NCBI RefSeq assembly: GCF_006345805.1
Contig: NC_042999.1
Span: 113,708,001-113,772,000, forward strand
DNA length: 64,000 nt
Direction of reading: 5' to 3'
Source: Octopus sinensis
Taxonomy: Eukaryota
Shown here: positions 13,640 to 26,771 of the stretch, piece after piece
How the letters are laid out: every line of letters begins with the position of its first letter
Position numbering within the stretch: position 1 is the stretch's first letter
Position numbers and translations under genes: made by a program
Notes under the pieces: model-generated
What the model was told of the DNA's origin: nothing
Seen by the model: the letters and a program-made list of their open reading frames with translations, nothing else
Database searches by the model: none

Positions 13640-13858
13640 TAAAAAGCACCTGTGCTGGTGCCACATGAAAATTACCTGCGCCAGTGCCACATAAAAAGCA
13701 CCTAACACATTCTGTAAAGTGAAGAAGAGCATCCACCTGTAGAAATCATGCTAAATCAGACTGGAACTGGTCCAGTTCCCTATCATGCCAGCTCTGGTCA
13801 AAATATCTGACCCATGCCCATCACGGAAAACAGATGTTAAATAATGATGATGATGAAG
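13640..13858 (+). mobile_element. RTE-type LINE 3' UTR fragment with (GAT)n tail
   Basis: ..GCATCCACCTGTAGAAATCATGC..CCCATGCCCATCACGGAAAACAGATGTTAAATAATGATGATG; same tail family as 53910, 54690, 56751 and 59197. Confidence 0.7.
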
Positions 13859-13949
13859 AAGAAGAAGAAGAAGACACTTCATCCAAAACAAGATTTCAGA
13901 AGAAGAAATATAAATTGTATATGTAAATACAGAATATATAACAGAAATA

Positions 13950-14270
13950 GATGCAGGAATGGCTGTGTGGTAAGAAGCTTTCTTCTCAACCATATGGTTC
14001 CGGGTTCAGTCCCACTGCATGGCACCTTGGACTAGTGTCTTCTACTATAGCCTCAGGATGACCAAAGCCTTTTGAGTGGATTTGGTAGACAGAAACTGAA
14101 AAAAGCTTGTCGTATATGTATATTGCTTGACAACTATTGTGGTGTGCTTATGTCCCTGAAACTTAGCAGTTCAGTAAAAGAATAAGTCCTGGGGAAGATT
14201 TGTTTGATTAAAGGTGGTGCTCCATAATGGTCACAGTCAAAATAACTGAAACATGTAAAAGAATAAAATA
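13950..14270 (+). mobile_element. tRNA-derived SINE, family A
   Basis: Homologous over its length to the copy at 14496-14890. Confidence 0.85.
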
Positions 14271-14495
14271 TAAAACTATGCTACAACAGGAATGATGAAA
14301 GATATCTTGATTTCTTCAGTTTTGCACTGGACCTTTTTTTTCTATGGTCTCTGCACTAAGTTGATGAAACTTTCTCCTAATAATGACGAAATAGTGATGA
14401 CAGTATGAAAACTACAATCATATGTAAGACAAATGTCATTATAGACAGTACCAAGACGAAGGAAAATGAGAGCATCTATTCGGGGTTACATCATA

Positions 14496-14659
14496 GGCGT
14501 AGGAGTGGCTGTGTGGTAAGTAGCTTGCTTACGAACCACATGGTTCCGGATTCAGTCCCACTGTATGGCACCTTGGGCAAGTGTCTTCTACTATAGCCTC
14601 GGGCCAACCAAAGCCTTGTGAGTGGATTTGGTAGCCAGAAACTGAAAGAAGTCTGTCGC

Positions 14660-14694
<35 letters not shown>

Positions 14695-14890
14695 TTTGTT
14701 CCCACAACATCGCTTGACAATCAATGCTGGTGTGTTTGTGTCCCTGTAACTTAGTGGTTTGGCAAAAGAGACCAATAGAATAAGTACTAGGCTTACAAAG
14801 AATAAATCCTGGGGTCAATTTGCTTGACTAAATAAAGAGTGCTCCAGCATGGTCACAGTCAAATGACTGAAACAAGTAAAAGAGTAAAGA
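14496..14890 (+). mobile_element. tRNA-derived SINE, family A (near full length)
   Basis: Head GGCGTAGGAGTGGCTGTGTGGTAAG..GGTTCCGGATTCAGTCCC (pol III A/B-box-like), central (GT)n, tail GTGCTCCAGCATGGTCACAGTCAAATGACTGAAACAAGTAAAAGAG. Other copies at about 2560(-), 3580, 8697, 28185(-), 33060(-), 35150(-) and 61110. Confidence 0.9.
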
Positions 14891-15135
14891 ATTAAATATG
14901 TCATTAGTTCGAACACACACACACGCATAAACACACACACACACAAAAGTGAGGTTATTCTTGTTGTCCATCAAGTGCCCACTAAATATCAAGGAAACCA
15001 ATGCCCATTCACTGTTTTGTAAGTGAAACTTTTAGTCACTTCCTCTGCCCCAACTAACCATATGAACTGATTTAAAGAAATCTGAAAAGCCCATATTCAA
15101 GTGCACACGCGCACGCACACACATACACACACACA

Positions 15136-15170
<35 letters not shown>

Positions 15171-16989
15171 CTGTTGCTACCCAGAGTTACCATTGATTGC
15201 ACAATTATATAAAAAGAAAATACACCCCAGTGAGAATGCCAGGCACATTTTGGCTTTTTGGACCTTTTCATTGACACATACTCACAACCAACTATATGCT
15301 TGAATGAGAATTAACCACTTTTTACATAAAACTGTAAATAAAACATTTACTAATGTTGTAAGTAGCCCCCTTCCTGAATAAAAATCCAGTACAGGCAACT
15401 GAGGTAACATTAAATTAAAATAGCAACTCATGCATCATACTTAATGTATATACATTGTGGTGTTTGTCCTAAAATAACATCTCTTATGGATGTGCTATAT
15501 TAAAAACAACAAATATTGGAGGGAGCATGTCCATAAGAGATCTTATCTCAGGACAGATACCACTGTGACTTGTCTATCAACACACAGAATTGTGTTTCAA
15601 GATGGATATCATTACAATTCTGAAGAAAAGTCAGTCGGTCTTCTTTCTTTCTTCCTTCCTTTCTTCCTTCCTTCCTTCCTTTCTTTTTTTTTTCAATGAA
15701 TGTGAGTAGAAGAATAACCCATTAAATTAACCAATTTGAGAGTAGCAACATTAATGTTAGGTATGGTATTCATCATAAATTCAATAATAATCTCCCATAA
15801 CAAGTCTACATCTGTACACACCAAGTGGTAAACATATATATGTGCATACATACGTGGAAATGAGGATATATTAGCCAACATAGTTCTTTCAAATCTACAG
15901 CTAACTGTCAACCAAACAATAAATGCCTACCCTTCTTCCACATTCTCTTCAATATATTCATTATTGGAAATTTTTATTAAAGAAAAGAATTATAAAAATA
16001 ACAAGAACAAAATGAAAGATATTTGATTCCATATTTTTAAAAATGTAGATTTGCTGTAAATACCCCAGGATATTTTCTTAATCATGTGTAAGATAAATGT
16101 TTAAACTGACTTGAATATGATATTCTGGAATAAACCAATACCAAAATTTTCCCAAGTTGTCATGCAACAGAGCAATGCAGAAAACTGGGGAGAAAAAAGA
16201 ATGCCACAATGCAAGTACAGGAATATTTTCTTCAAAAGACAAGTTTAGTTCAAATAAATGCATTGAAGCATGCAAGACACATTTTATCTTTAAAAGCAGA
16301 AACCGTTTTTTCCCCAATATCACTTTCTTTAATTTAGCATTCGTTTTTATTTATTTATTTGCATATTCCAACAGATTTAGAGAGGAAAATTCCGTTTATC
16401 TACATAAATAATACCTCTTCTGCCATTGTATGTATTATGATGCAGAGTTGTAAGGATCTGGTATGCAAGACTCCGTACTGTGTCTCCTCCATACTCAGCA
16501 GTAACTGTTTTACTTCCCTTCCTGCTATTCTGCTTGGGGAAAGCCTAAGTATCACAATTTCTATTTCTCCAGCTGATGCTGTATGTGTTTCATTGTTTAA
16601 ATTTCTGGTTGCTTAAATTTTGAATTTCTAACTTCAGTGAAGCTGGTATCACCAGGAATCCCACTTTTGTAGTTTCTCCAATGGAAATGGTTAGTCACTC
16701 AATTTGAATATTATACACAGTGAAGTACAAACAAATCATATGCAGGAAATTTTATGATTCCTAATAATAACATAAGAAATAGCAGCCAAATCTTTTAAAG
16801 CACACCATAATCTGTAAAAATTAAAGGATGTGCCATAATGGTTAATGTAAACTTAGACACACTATTTAAGATGATATAGTCATAACTGGGACATCTTTGC
16901 TTATTTGTCTGCTCAATCATTACTAAACTTGGCTTAATAACAACTGTAATAATAACAGATTACTCTGATTACAAACAGACAGACAGAAA

Positions 16990-17410
16990 ATGCAGAAGAT
17001 GCGTAAAAGTTGGCGAGAAATGAAACAATGATATTCCGCTGGATGTGTACAATTAATGTGCATGAATGACAAGAAATAGATGAGCTGAGAGATAAACTGT
17101 AAGAGAAATCAGATATACTGTACAAGAGAGAAAGACAACTGCATTGGCATGGAAATGTAATGTGTATAGATAAAAGATGGATAAAGAAGGTCAGGAGATC
17201 TAAGTGGGAAGAAACTGTGGAAGAAGAAGACCAAGGAAGACACAGGCAAAAGTAGTGAAAGATGGTCTCAGAGTGTTAAATCTTAGGGAGCAGATGACAA
17301 AGGAATGCAAGAAATGATGAGATACTGTGTTAAAAGGGACCTGTGCACTCATACAAGCAAGAAAGGGAACGTAGTAGTAATGATAATGACGGCAATGATG
17401 ATGATAACCA
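16990..17410 (+). mobile_element. Decayed RTE-clade LINE 3' end
   Basis: Translates ..NETMIFRWMCTINVHE*QEIDELRDKL..RERQLHWHGNVMCID.., matching the RTE C-terminal MLRWM...LRW.GHV.R pattern; ends in a GAT/AAT-rich tail. Confidence 0.75.
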
Positions 17411-19648
17411 TGATAATGACTTCAATAAGCTACTTCTAAATCTCTACCCACATCTGAATTAACATCAACTGATTTCATCTCTTTCATCTATAATACATCC
17501 CTCTTCTCTGTTTTGTTCCACAAATTACTTTTCCATTGCGGTGACTTTCCACCTTGTTTTTTTCCATTTGTATTCATACAAGTCCAGTAATAAAACTGAT
17601 AATAATAACCCAGTAATATAATGCTGGGTGGTATGGACTACAATTTTAAGAAAGACTTTCCTAGTACTGCTGGCAATATAAATAAGAGGGTCTGGTGCCA
17701 AGGAAGGTCACTGAGCAATGACAGAGATTGGTGCCAGAAATGTCATCATGCACTTAAAGCAAAAATTACTGTAAAATGAAATATCCAGCCAACCAATACA
17801 AGAATGCCACTGTGATTCTACAAAGGAGTAAACTGAAGTAGAAAAGACAAAACAAACTAAATATAAACTGCTATTTTTTGTTCTCCACAGAGAAAAATTA
17901 TGTTTAGAACATAATTAAAAGGTTGTATAACTCATACATAGGTTATACCAGTCTGTTATCATCCATTAGCAGCTTAAACCTTTTGTGTCCATATTTCTAG
18001 TGAAAATATACTGCTTGTGTATTCCACTTAACTTTAAAAATAGTAAAGAATCTGAAAGGATTTTGTGTTTTGAAGATAACTTTGACAGTTTCAGTTTAAA
18101 TATGAACATATTAAAATGGGATGTGTTGTATCCCAGAACCTGATACAGTGTCAAAGAGGTTGATATTGTAAGGATTAAATGATTCAGCAAAGGAATTTCT
18201 ATGTAATCTCCAAAACAATGTGGCAGCAGTAAAATCTTTCACAACAAACTCATTAAGCTGATAAACTCATTCTTTACCAAACCATAAAAATCTATAGTAC
18301 TAGTTCTTTTGCCCAGTTTCCATAGCCTGAACTAGGGTGATAAACTCAATCCATTAACAACTTTAACACCTGTCTTTTAGCACTTTAGTAGAATTCATTC
18401 AGAAAAGTTCTCCAGTCTGAAGACAACCTACTCATAATGATGTATTTCCCATCTTTCCCACCTTGAAAGTATGGAAAAAAGATCTCTACAGCTTCTATCC
18501 CTAAAAAAATGACTTGATTAGACAAGATCTTGCAACACCACCATCACTATTAACAGATTAATACAAATTTTCACATAAGCATTATTTGGATAGATTTCCA
18601 GCACATTGACATATTCCTTTGTCATTTTACAAAGTAAGGTTAACCACTTGTATTCAATTTTCCCTGAGTGCAGCATCTACTATGATATACTAAAATACTT
18701 ATATTCAATTCTATTCCACTCAACAGATACTGAGCAAACACCAAAAGGCTCTGTAGCTTATTCAGAGTTCAACTTATACTCAGTCTACCATCTGATACAC
18801 AGTCATATGGTTCCCTCAAAATGTTGGACTAAATCTGTTCCACATCAGTTACCGACAGATTACATAGTAAAACAAATTCAGAGGGAAAACAATTCCTAAG
18901 AGAAAAGAAAGTACTAGTTAAAAAAAATGTAAAGAAACAACAAAAACCGTTTAGAAAGTTAAGTCAAAATGAGTCAGAGTATGACAGGAAAGAAAAAAGA
19001 GTTAATAGCTGGTTTACAAAATAGAATCAGATGACTAAGGACAATAATTTCCACACTGACCAACATCTACTCTCTAAAATACTGCAATGTCAATATCCTG
19101 CTGTCAACAACCTATTTCACACACAATACAGGTAAACATTTGAAATTCCAAAGCTCTTACTGTTGGATAAAAAGTCTGGGCAAGCATTTACCTATGTCTG
19201 CACACAGATATTATATATTTGTAAGACTAGTTATACACATACTCATATGTATAATCAATTTTTAGAAGTATATACCTACACATTTTGTATGACACATTCC
19301 TTCTGCAAACTTACCTATGTGTGTATATGTGCACATGCAAGTGCAGTGCAAATCTCTCTTTCCTTCAATTACTTTCTCAGGATTCCTTACCACCCTTGTC
19401 CTATTTCTCTCTTCCTTAACCTCCCTTTCTCCTACACCTTCCATCTATACTTACTCTTATAATGCAGGACAGCCTTGGATCCCCTTCTACAAAATGCACT
19501 TCACTGACTTAAAATACATAGACCAGTAGAGGCATCAGCAGAATATTAACAGCACTGATCCAACTAGCCTGAAAAAGACTGTAAAGGCTATGAGCAATTG
19601 CTTCCTCTTCCTTCGATTATGTAACATTCTGTATGTGTGTGTCTATCT

Positions 19649-19692
<44 letters not shown>

Positions 19693-20105
19693 TATATATG
19701 TATGTATGTATGTATGGGTGATGAAAGAAAAGCATGAAATTAAAATCTATGGAAGGACAAAGCAACAACAACAAAAATACAGAAGCTTTGTCAGTAAGGA
19801 GGCTGGTTGGCAGAGAAAGTAAAACAAAATAGAAAATGTGATAATCAACTAATTACAAATCCTGGCCAGAAGCAAACAATGACTACACCAAATTACAGCT
19901 TGCCAAACTTCATTAACTATTACTACTGCTACTACACAGTGTAATAATGAAATGTCAGCCAAGCTAAATACTTAGACTACAAGCATAAATGTCACTTGTA
20001 ACCAAGTGTACTCAGTGTGTGTGTGTGTGATATATATATATAATTTATATTTATGTATATAATTTATATATTCATAAGTAAACCACACACACACACACAT
20101 ATATA

Positions 20106-20170
<65 letters not shown>

Positions 20171-20691
20171 ATAGACAGACATCTAGAATGCATGGTGTGA
20201 GTACACATACACAATCATGTGATAACTGAGTAAGAGTAAACTATTGGCAGAGAAAAAGAGTTATGTTAGGAGTTCAATCCCTCAATGCAGCCAAGGTTAG
20301 TTTTTCTATTAAAGAACTATAAATCCTTTTACTGATACCATAGTCTTGTTTAGTCTCTGGTTACACTCACTGGAAAAAAAAACTATAATCAAATGCATTC
20401 CATCCATGACCATCCCATTCTCTTGTTTCCCTTCAACTACATTATCAAATGTGTCATTTCTTTTAGATGGTTGAGTATGATCTAAGGGAAATCTGGTTGT
20501 TAATTCTGGCAAGTCAAACAACAACATAGTGACTCCCTCATTACTTGTACTGTGCTGTTGTTGTTTAGCAATAGGTCAGACTAGGCTGAGCAAGTCCATG
20601 ACAAAGATGTTTCAGCAATGATTATCTGTTTCAGTTTGTATATTAGAGACAAAATTTTTCCAAGGTATCTTTATTTATTTATTTCTTTTAA

Positions 20692-20909
20692 TCCTTTAGC
20701 ATTGAAAATGACCATATATGGCCCAAATATTCTACCTGTGTTATTTTCAAACTTGCCAACTCTGGCCTCTCACACTGACCCTACAACATCATTCTAAAAA
20801 TAAACAATCACATGATTGAAATCTCATTGCTATGAGATAATACGATTAATTCAAAACAATGTGAATAAATAAGCCTTACATTCCCCAGAGTCATCTTTAT
20901 GCTAAAGGG
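20692..20909. mobile_element. piggyBac-like MITE (family 2)
   Basis: TTAA at 20688-20691 and 20910-20913; ends TCCTTTAGCATT / TATGCTAAAGGG. Confidence 0.7.
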
Positions 20910-21329
20910 TTAAAGGCAGTGTGTGTGATTTTAGGGAAATCTGTTTGAGTTTCTAGGGTTTATGATTGTTTGAACTACAAGGGAATATCTATGCAATTCA
21001 GGCAGAACAAATAGTACAGTTTATTACTTGAGTTCAAATGTACCAATTTATTGGGTTTTTTCATGCCAATGTTTAAATGTTTTTCTGATATACATACATG
21101 AAAGATGGGGAGAGACATGCAATCTAATGGTTAGTGTGTTGCTCCTGGACTGGGCAGTGTGTTATGTTCTCAAGCAAAACCCTTCATCCCACATTGCTCT
21201 GCAATCACTTTGACATCAAATGTCTGGCACTTTGTGCACTTGTACAGGCAATGCCAATTTGATGGATGGAGGGAGTCGATGTACAACACAAACATTTGAT
21301 CACTATAAACAAACCAGCTGTGCAGGTTG

Positions 21330-21700
21330 TTCAGCACTCCATGTCACTGAGTTTCTCCTCACCTGTGAGTTTCTCACTAAAAATAACATGATATCGCTTC
21401 TGCACCTGCCCTATTTGTCAGATGTAGCACCTGCAGACTATCTCTTCCCCAAGATGAAAATGCAGCTCAGAGATTGCCATTTTAAAACTGTTGTTGAGAT
21501 CCAGAGCGAATTGCAGAAGGTCCTCGAATCACTTACAGAAAATGACTTCCAAGCTGGATTTCAAAAGTGGTAGGAATGCTGGGACCAGTGTTTTGCTGCA
21601 CAAGGTCACTATTTCGAAGGAGATGATGTTAAAACTTAGGTAAATAAGTTATCTTTTATTAGACATAACTAGTCCAGGAACCTTTTGATACCCTCTTGTA
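21330..21700 (+). mobile_element. Mariner (Tc1/mariner) transposase C-terminal remnant plus right end
   Basis: ..EFLTKNNMISLLHLPYLSDVAPADYLFPKMKMQL..FQAGFQKW*ECWDQCFAAQGHYFEGD corresponds to the mariner HPPYSPDLAP.DF.LFP and G.YFE motifs; ends ..CCTTTTGATACCCTCTTG TA. Confidence 0.85.
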
Positions 21701-21959
21701 AAATGCTCTGGAAATAAATAATCTTGCTAACAGACACTAGCGAATAAAAAAGATATTATTTCTTATGTAAAAAAAAAAAAAAAATGTAATGAAAGTAAGA
21801 ATACAGATGACGATAAACAAAGTAATAACAAGAATAAAATTAGGTAGGGAACACATAATTTTTGAAGAAAAAGGAAACATTTTTTTTACTATGAAAATAA
21901 GAATCATTCATTAGGGCCTGTGAGTAAGTGCCAAGAATGAATGTAAGTTACTTCTCTAT

Positions 21960-22500
21960 ATGATGCTGATAATATCAACAATGACATAAGTGACAATAAT
22001 GACATCATCTCCCTTAATGTCATTACTAACATTTTCCTTGATGTCATTACTGACATCAAGAAAGATGTCAGCAATGACATCAAGGAAGATGATAGCAATG
22101 AAGATAACTAAAAAAAATAAAAGATATCAACAATGTGTTGACAACGATAGTAGTGACAATGATAATAATGCTGTTCATGATGATAATAGCAATAATAGTG
22201 ATGATGGAATGACAATAGTAATAATAATGTTAATTGTGATGATAATAGTAACAATGGCAATAATAGTGTGCATGATGACTACAAGAGTCATTGGTGATAA
22301 TGACAACATTGGGAATAATTATGTTGATGGTGATAATAGTGGCAAACACAATGATGGTGATGACGGTAATAATGACAACAGTGCTGATGATGATAATGGC
22401 ATTATAGTCATTATTCATAACGGTGATGTTAGTGATGTGATATTAAGTTGTTCAGTCATACAAATGTGGTGATAATGACAATGATGATGATGATGATTGC
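21960..22500. repeat. Degenerate (GAT/AAT/GAC)n low-complexity field
   Basis: Trinucleotide-periodic sequence that generates the spurious 160-aa ORF. Similar fields at 25380-26130 and 45230-45540. Confidence 0.85.
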
Positions 22501-23369
22501 AATGACATTAATAGCACTGTGGGTGGGGTGAATTAGTGAAAGCAGCCATATCCATCACGTATCACTTCTCAAGAGAGAGAAAGTAAGCCCCTTAGGGAAA
22601 GTGAACATGACAACCACAATTGTTTACTCTCCACCACCACCAATCTAAATCTCAATGCCCAATTAAGAAATTACCATTAACAATGTAATTCTCAGTATTG
22701 GTGGTGCTGTTGTTGGTGTTAGTATTCAATATGGTTTTGTGTCAGAAATGGTGGTGATAGTGGTTGTTGCTGTCAGTGGTGTTGCTATTTAGCTGCAGTT
22801 CAACTTTGATTGAGAAGACCTATAATCAAAAGTATTCCAGTTATGACCATCCCGTCTCCTATTTCAGATAGCATATCTAGGACAGCATTAACGGTAGCTA
22901 CTATTTCTAGGAAATTATACACTATTTACTCCATGTTTTCAGGTATCAACACATATTTACATACACGCACACACACAAAATCTACATGATGCCAGTTGTC
23001 TTGAATGCAGGAACCTTTATTTCTGGTGTGAAAGCTTCACACCATCTTTAGGCTGCAACAAAGTAAATAAATAAGCATTGAAAACTTGTGTCTACACCAG
23101 TGTGTCTTGATCTTTTATTTCTATATTCCCCACTCACCACCTTTTCCAATTAAACCCACATATGATAAGGAAATAAAATGCAATCAAGTACACAAAAACA
23201 CTATTTATCATGACATTAACAGTCATATTAATGTAATATTTTCAGTCCTTAAAATTAATGCCAAGGCAAATAAATGTAGCAAAAACAACACAAACAAGAG
23301 CACAAACCTCCGCCAAGGCAACACCAATGTTCTCCCAATGATTAGTTGGAGAGGATTTTTAAAATAAGA

Positions 23370-23640
23370 ATATCTGAAATAAACTCAACTGCTCTCACAA
23401 ATGAGAATACTAAAAATGAACCTAACTGCTCTCAAAAATTAATAAACAAAACTGGAAAAATAATTTAGAATCTTTGTCTGGTACTAAATCGATCTCAAAA
23501 TCTAATCAGTTTGTGCCAGTCACAAGGCCAAACATCCCTGAAAGTTTCATCCGAATCTATTTAACGGTTCTTGAGATATCTTGTAAACAAACACAACTGA
23601 AAACAATACTTCTACCTTCGCTAAGGTGGAGGCAATAATG
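23370..23640 (+). mobile_element. Helentron-associated (HINE/DINE-1-like) non-autonomous element
   Basis: Body ..AAAGTTTCATCCGAATC..CGGTTCTTGAGATATC.. ends with subterminal stem-loop CTTCTACCTT-CGCT-AAGGTGGAGG followed by an A/T-rich end, with no CTAG terminus. Confidence 0.55.
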
Positions 23641-24708
23641 ATTAGGAAATCTTCAACCCTCAAGCACTTTTGTCAGCGAAATCTTGAAATTTAACTAAGC
23701 AGAGGAAATGTTCAACAAATTAAAAATTGCAGTAGCAGACCAATGAAAATGTAGAGCAGATTGAAAATAGTAAAGATTAATAATATGAGATCAGTAGTGT
23801 GGTCAATGAATCCAGCAGCAGCAGTAGCAGTAGTAGTGACTAATCTCAAGACTTCAGTGAAGCAGTTCAATTCACAAATGTATGATTTCAGATTCATTCC
23901 CATGGTGTGGCATTTTTGGAAACGTTTTCTGCCATCAGACACACATATACTTACATAGTGATTGATCCAACTACACAAATGATTGCTGTCTCTCTGAGCT
24001 TTGTCATTGCCAAAGGCATTTCAGATCAACCCTGACTGAGCAGATTTGTGATCAAAGATGTTCCAGCTAGAACCTTCACATTCATATTTTAGTACTGTAT
24101 GCATAGCATCAGATTATTCCACTGCACTAATGATTCGATTTTTCAAAGATAACTGGGTGTGATCTGAGAAAGATTAGGCTGCTATTTCTAACAGTCTGAA
24201 CAGCTACATTGAGGCTCTCTTATTGTTGGGTCATAATGTCCATGTTAAGATAGCTTATGCTTGAGCCTTCCCTACTTCAAAAGTCTATTCTATGTATGTA
24301 TGTTTGTATGTATGTGTATATATGTATGTATGTATGTATGATCAAAGTTAATCAAATGTAAAAGGCGAGTTATTTGCAATTTTGCAGTGAGCAAGCAACA
24401 AGTTGTTGTAAACAAAGCTGTTGAAGCAGTGTTTGGCAAATTATGATTATACAAATTCCGGTAGATTCTTAAATGTGTTCCTCTCTCTCCTTCTTGTCCC
24501 CATCCCAGCTTCTATGTTATCACAACATGTGCGTGGTTGTGTGCATGCATGCACATACTTATGTTGTGTACTAAAAAAATGAAGATGAAAAGATTTTTTA
24601 ATTAAATATGCATCAGATAAGATTAGATAAAAACACACAAAGAATTCACAATACACACACACATATGTATATATATATATAAAACATATCTATAATATAT
24701 GTATCACG

Positions 24709-24743
<35 letters not shown>

Positions 24744-26735
24744 GCCATGCAAACTGTATTGTTCAGCACCTAATCAATACCAGATTGTTTACAAAAGAGA
24801 ATTCTTTTTATTATTGTCTGATTCTCTTGCTGTTCATGCTGGTGCTATTGATTGTTGTTGCAGTTATTGCTGGTGTTGTCATTTATAAATATATTTGTGG
24901 ATGTACTTTTGTTATTCAAGTAAGGTTTGTGTTTGTCTCATCGGTTAAAAAAAAAAGAAAAAGGTCTTTTAACAGGAAATATCAGTACAGAGACTCACTG
25001 TTCGGACAGCTTGAAAGAATTTCTAAATTTGACAAACATTTATTTACCCCTGTACCATGCATGTGCTGTGTGTGAGGAGAGAGCAAGAGATGGAGAGAGA
25101 GAGAGAGAGTGAGAAAGTTGAAAACGTAATTGGATATTAAAGGTATTGATCACAATGAGAAAGAAAATGTCTGCATTGGTTTTAAATTGACACTAGGTGT
25201 GTGTGTGTGTGACAGTGGGGACAATGTCATGGCAATAGTGCTGGGTGTGTAGCAAAAGGAATGGTGGTGATATGACAGAAGTAACGATGGTAGGGGGATG
25301 ACATAAGCAGTGAGCGGGGCGGGGGATAACAGAAGTCACAGTGGGTTGTGACAAAAGTAGTGAAGGTGGAGTACCAAGAGGAATTACGGTGACTGATATG
25401 ATAGAATAGCGGTGGGTGTGGTATGACAGTTGTAATAACTGTGGTTGTAGTGCTGATACAAGTGCAACAGGGATTGTATATTAATTGTAGTGGTCATGGC
25501 GGTGGTGGTGGTAGCATGACGACAACAACAATGGTGGTAGTGGCAATGGTCATATGATATAACAGAGAAAGTGATGGTTATTGTAATCACAAAGTGGCTG
25601 TGTGGTGTTATAACAGTAGTAGTGTTGGTGGTGGTGTTATGATAACTATTGATGTTGATGAGGATTATGTTATGGCAGCAGTAGCGGTAGTGGTGCTGCT
25701 GTTGCTACTGTCAATCTTATAACAGTGATAGTGGTGATGTTATAACAGCAATGATGGTGCTATGACAGCTATGGTGGTGGAGACAGTGAATCCAGCAGCA
25801 GCAGCAGTAGTAGTAGTAGTGTCTACTCTCAGGACTTCAGTGAAGCAGTTCAATTCACCAACTGTATGATTTCAGATTCGTTCCCCTGGTGTGGCACTTT
25901 TGGAACTGTTTTCTGCCATCAGACACACATATACTTACATGGTGATTGCTCCGACTACACAAACGATTGCTGTCTCTCTGAGCTTCATCACTGCCACAGT
26001 GGTGGCGTTATTATGACAGCTGTGATGTAATGCTGGTGTTTACATGGCAATGATGATGGTGATAGAGGTAACAACAACAGCATCAACAGTGAGCAGCAGT
26101 AGCACCACTTGTAATCATGACAATGGCAGCTAAAATGATAAACTGTTGCTTACACATAACAACATTACACAAAGTGTGAGTGTGTATGTGCGCACACGTG
26201 CACGCTTGTGTGTTTGTATGTTGTTGTAGAAATCTCTTTTTAATAGTTGTGTTGAGTTGGTCACATCCCTTAACAGAAATTGATAAACATAGCATATAAG
26301 CAAACATCCATCCCTTTAACTATCAAAAGACTACCATCGAAAATAATATACATCCCGCTTTTCCATCTTTTCTACAACCTGCGATGCCCCATCTACACTT
26401 TGGAATATTTTTCTTTTTTTCTTTTATTTTCTTTTTTTTCTTTCTTTTCTTTTTCAGCCTGACAGAACAGCAGACCATCTTGAGCATTTGACATTTTCTT
26501 GTCTTCTTTCTTGGACTTGCAATTATAGAATTCTTTCAAATGACAACTTTGAAAAGAACTGCACAACACAATAGTGTTTTGTTGACATTTCTAGAGTTTC
26601 TATTTTAATCTTTATAGAATATGGCTAGCAGCTCTAACATCACCATCTATCAAACATAATTGTCTCATTCTTTCAGCTTATGTCTCAATAATATGTGTGT
26701 GTGTGTTTTTTTCTGATTACGAATCTGTGTTGTCA

Positions 26736-26771
<36 letters not shown>

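Noticed and set aside
16410-16615. Minus-strand EYGGDTVRSLAYQI, a faint GIY-YIG-like phrase
   Set aside because: Too short, interrupted by stops, and no other motifs are present.
21990-22472. 160-aa Asp/Asn/Met-rich ORF
   Set aside because: It lies in a degenerate trinucleotide field with no splice or domain support.
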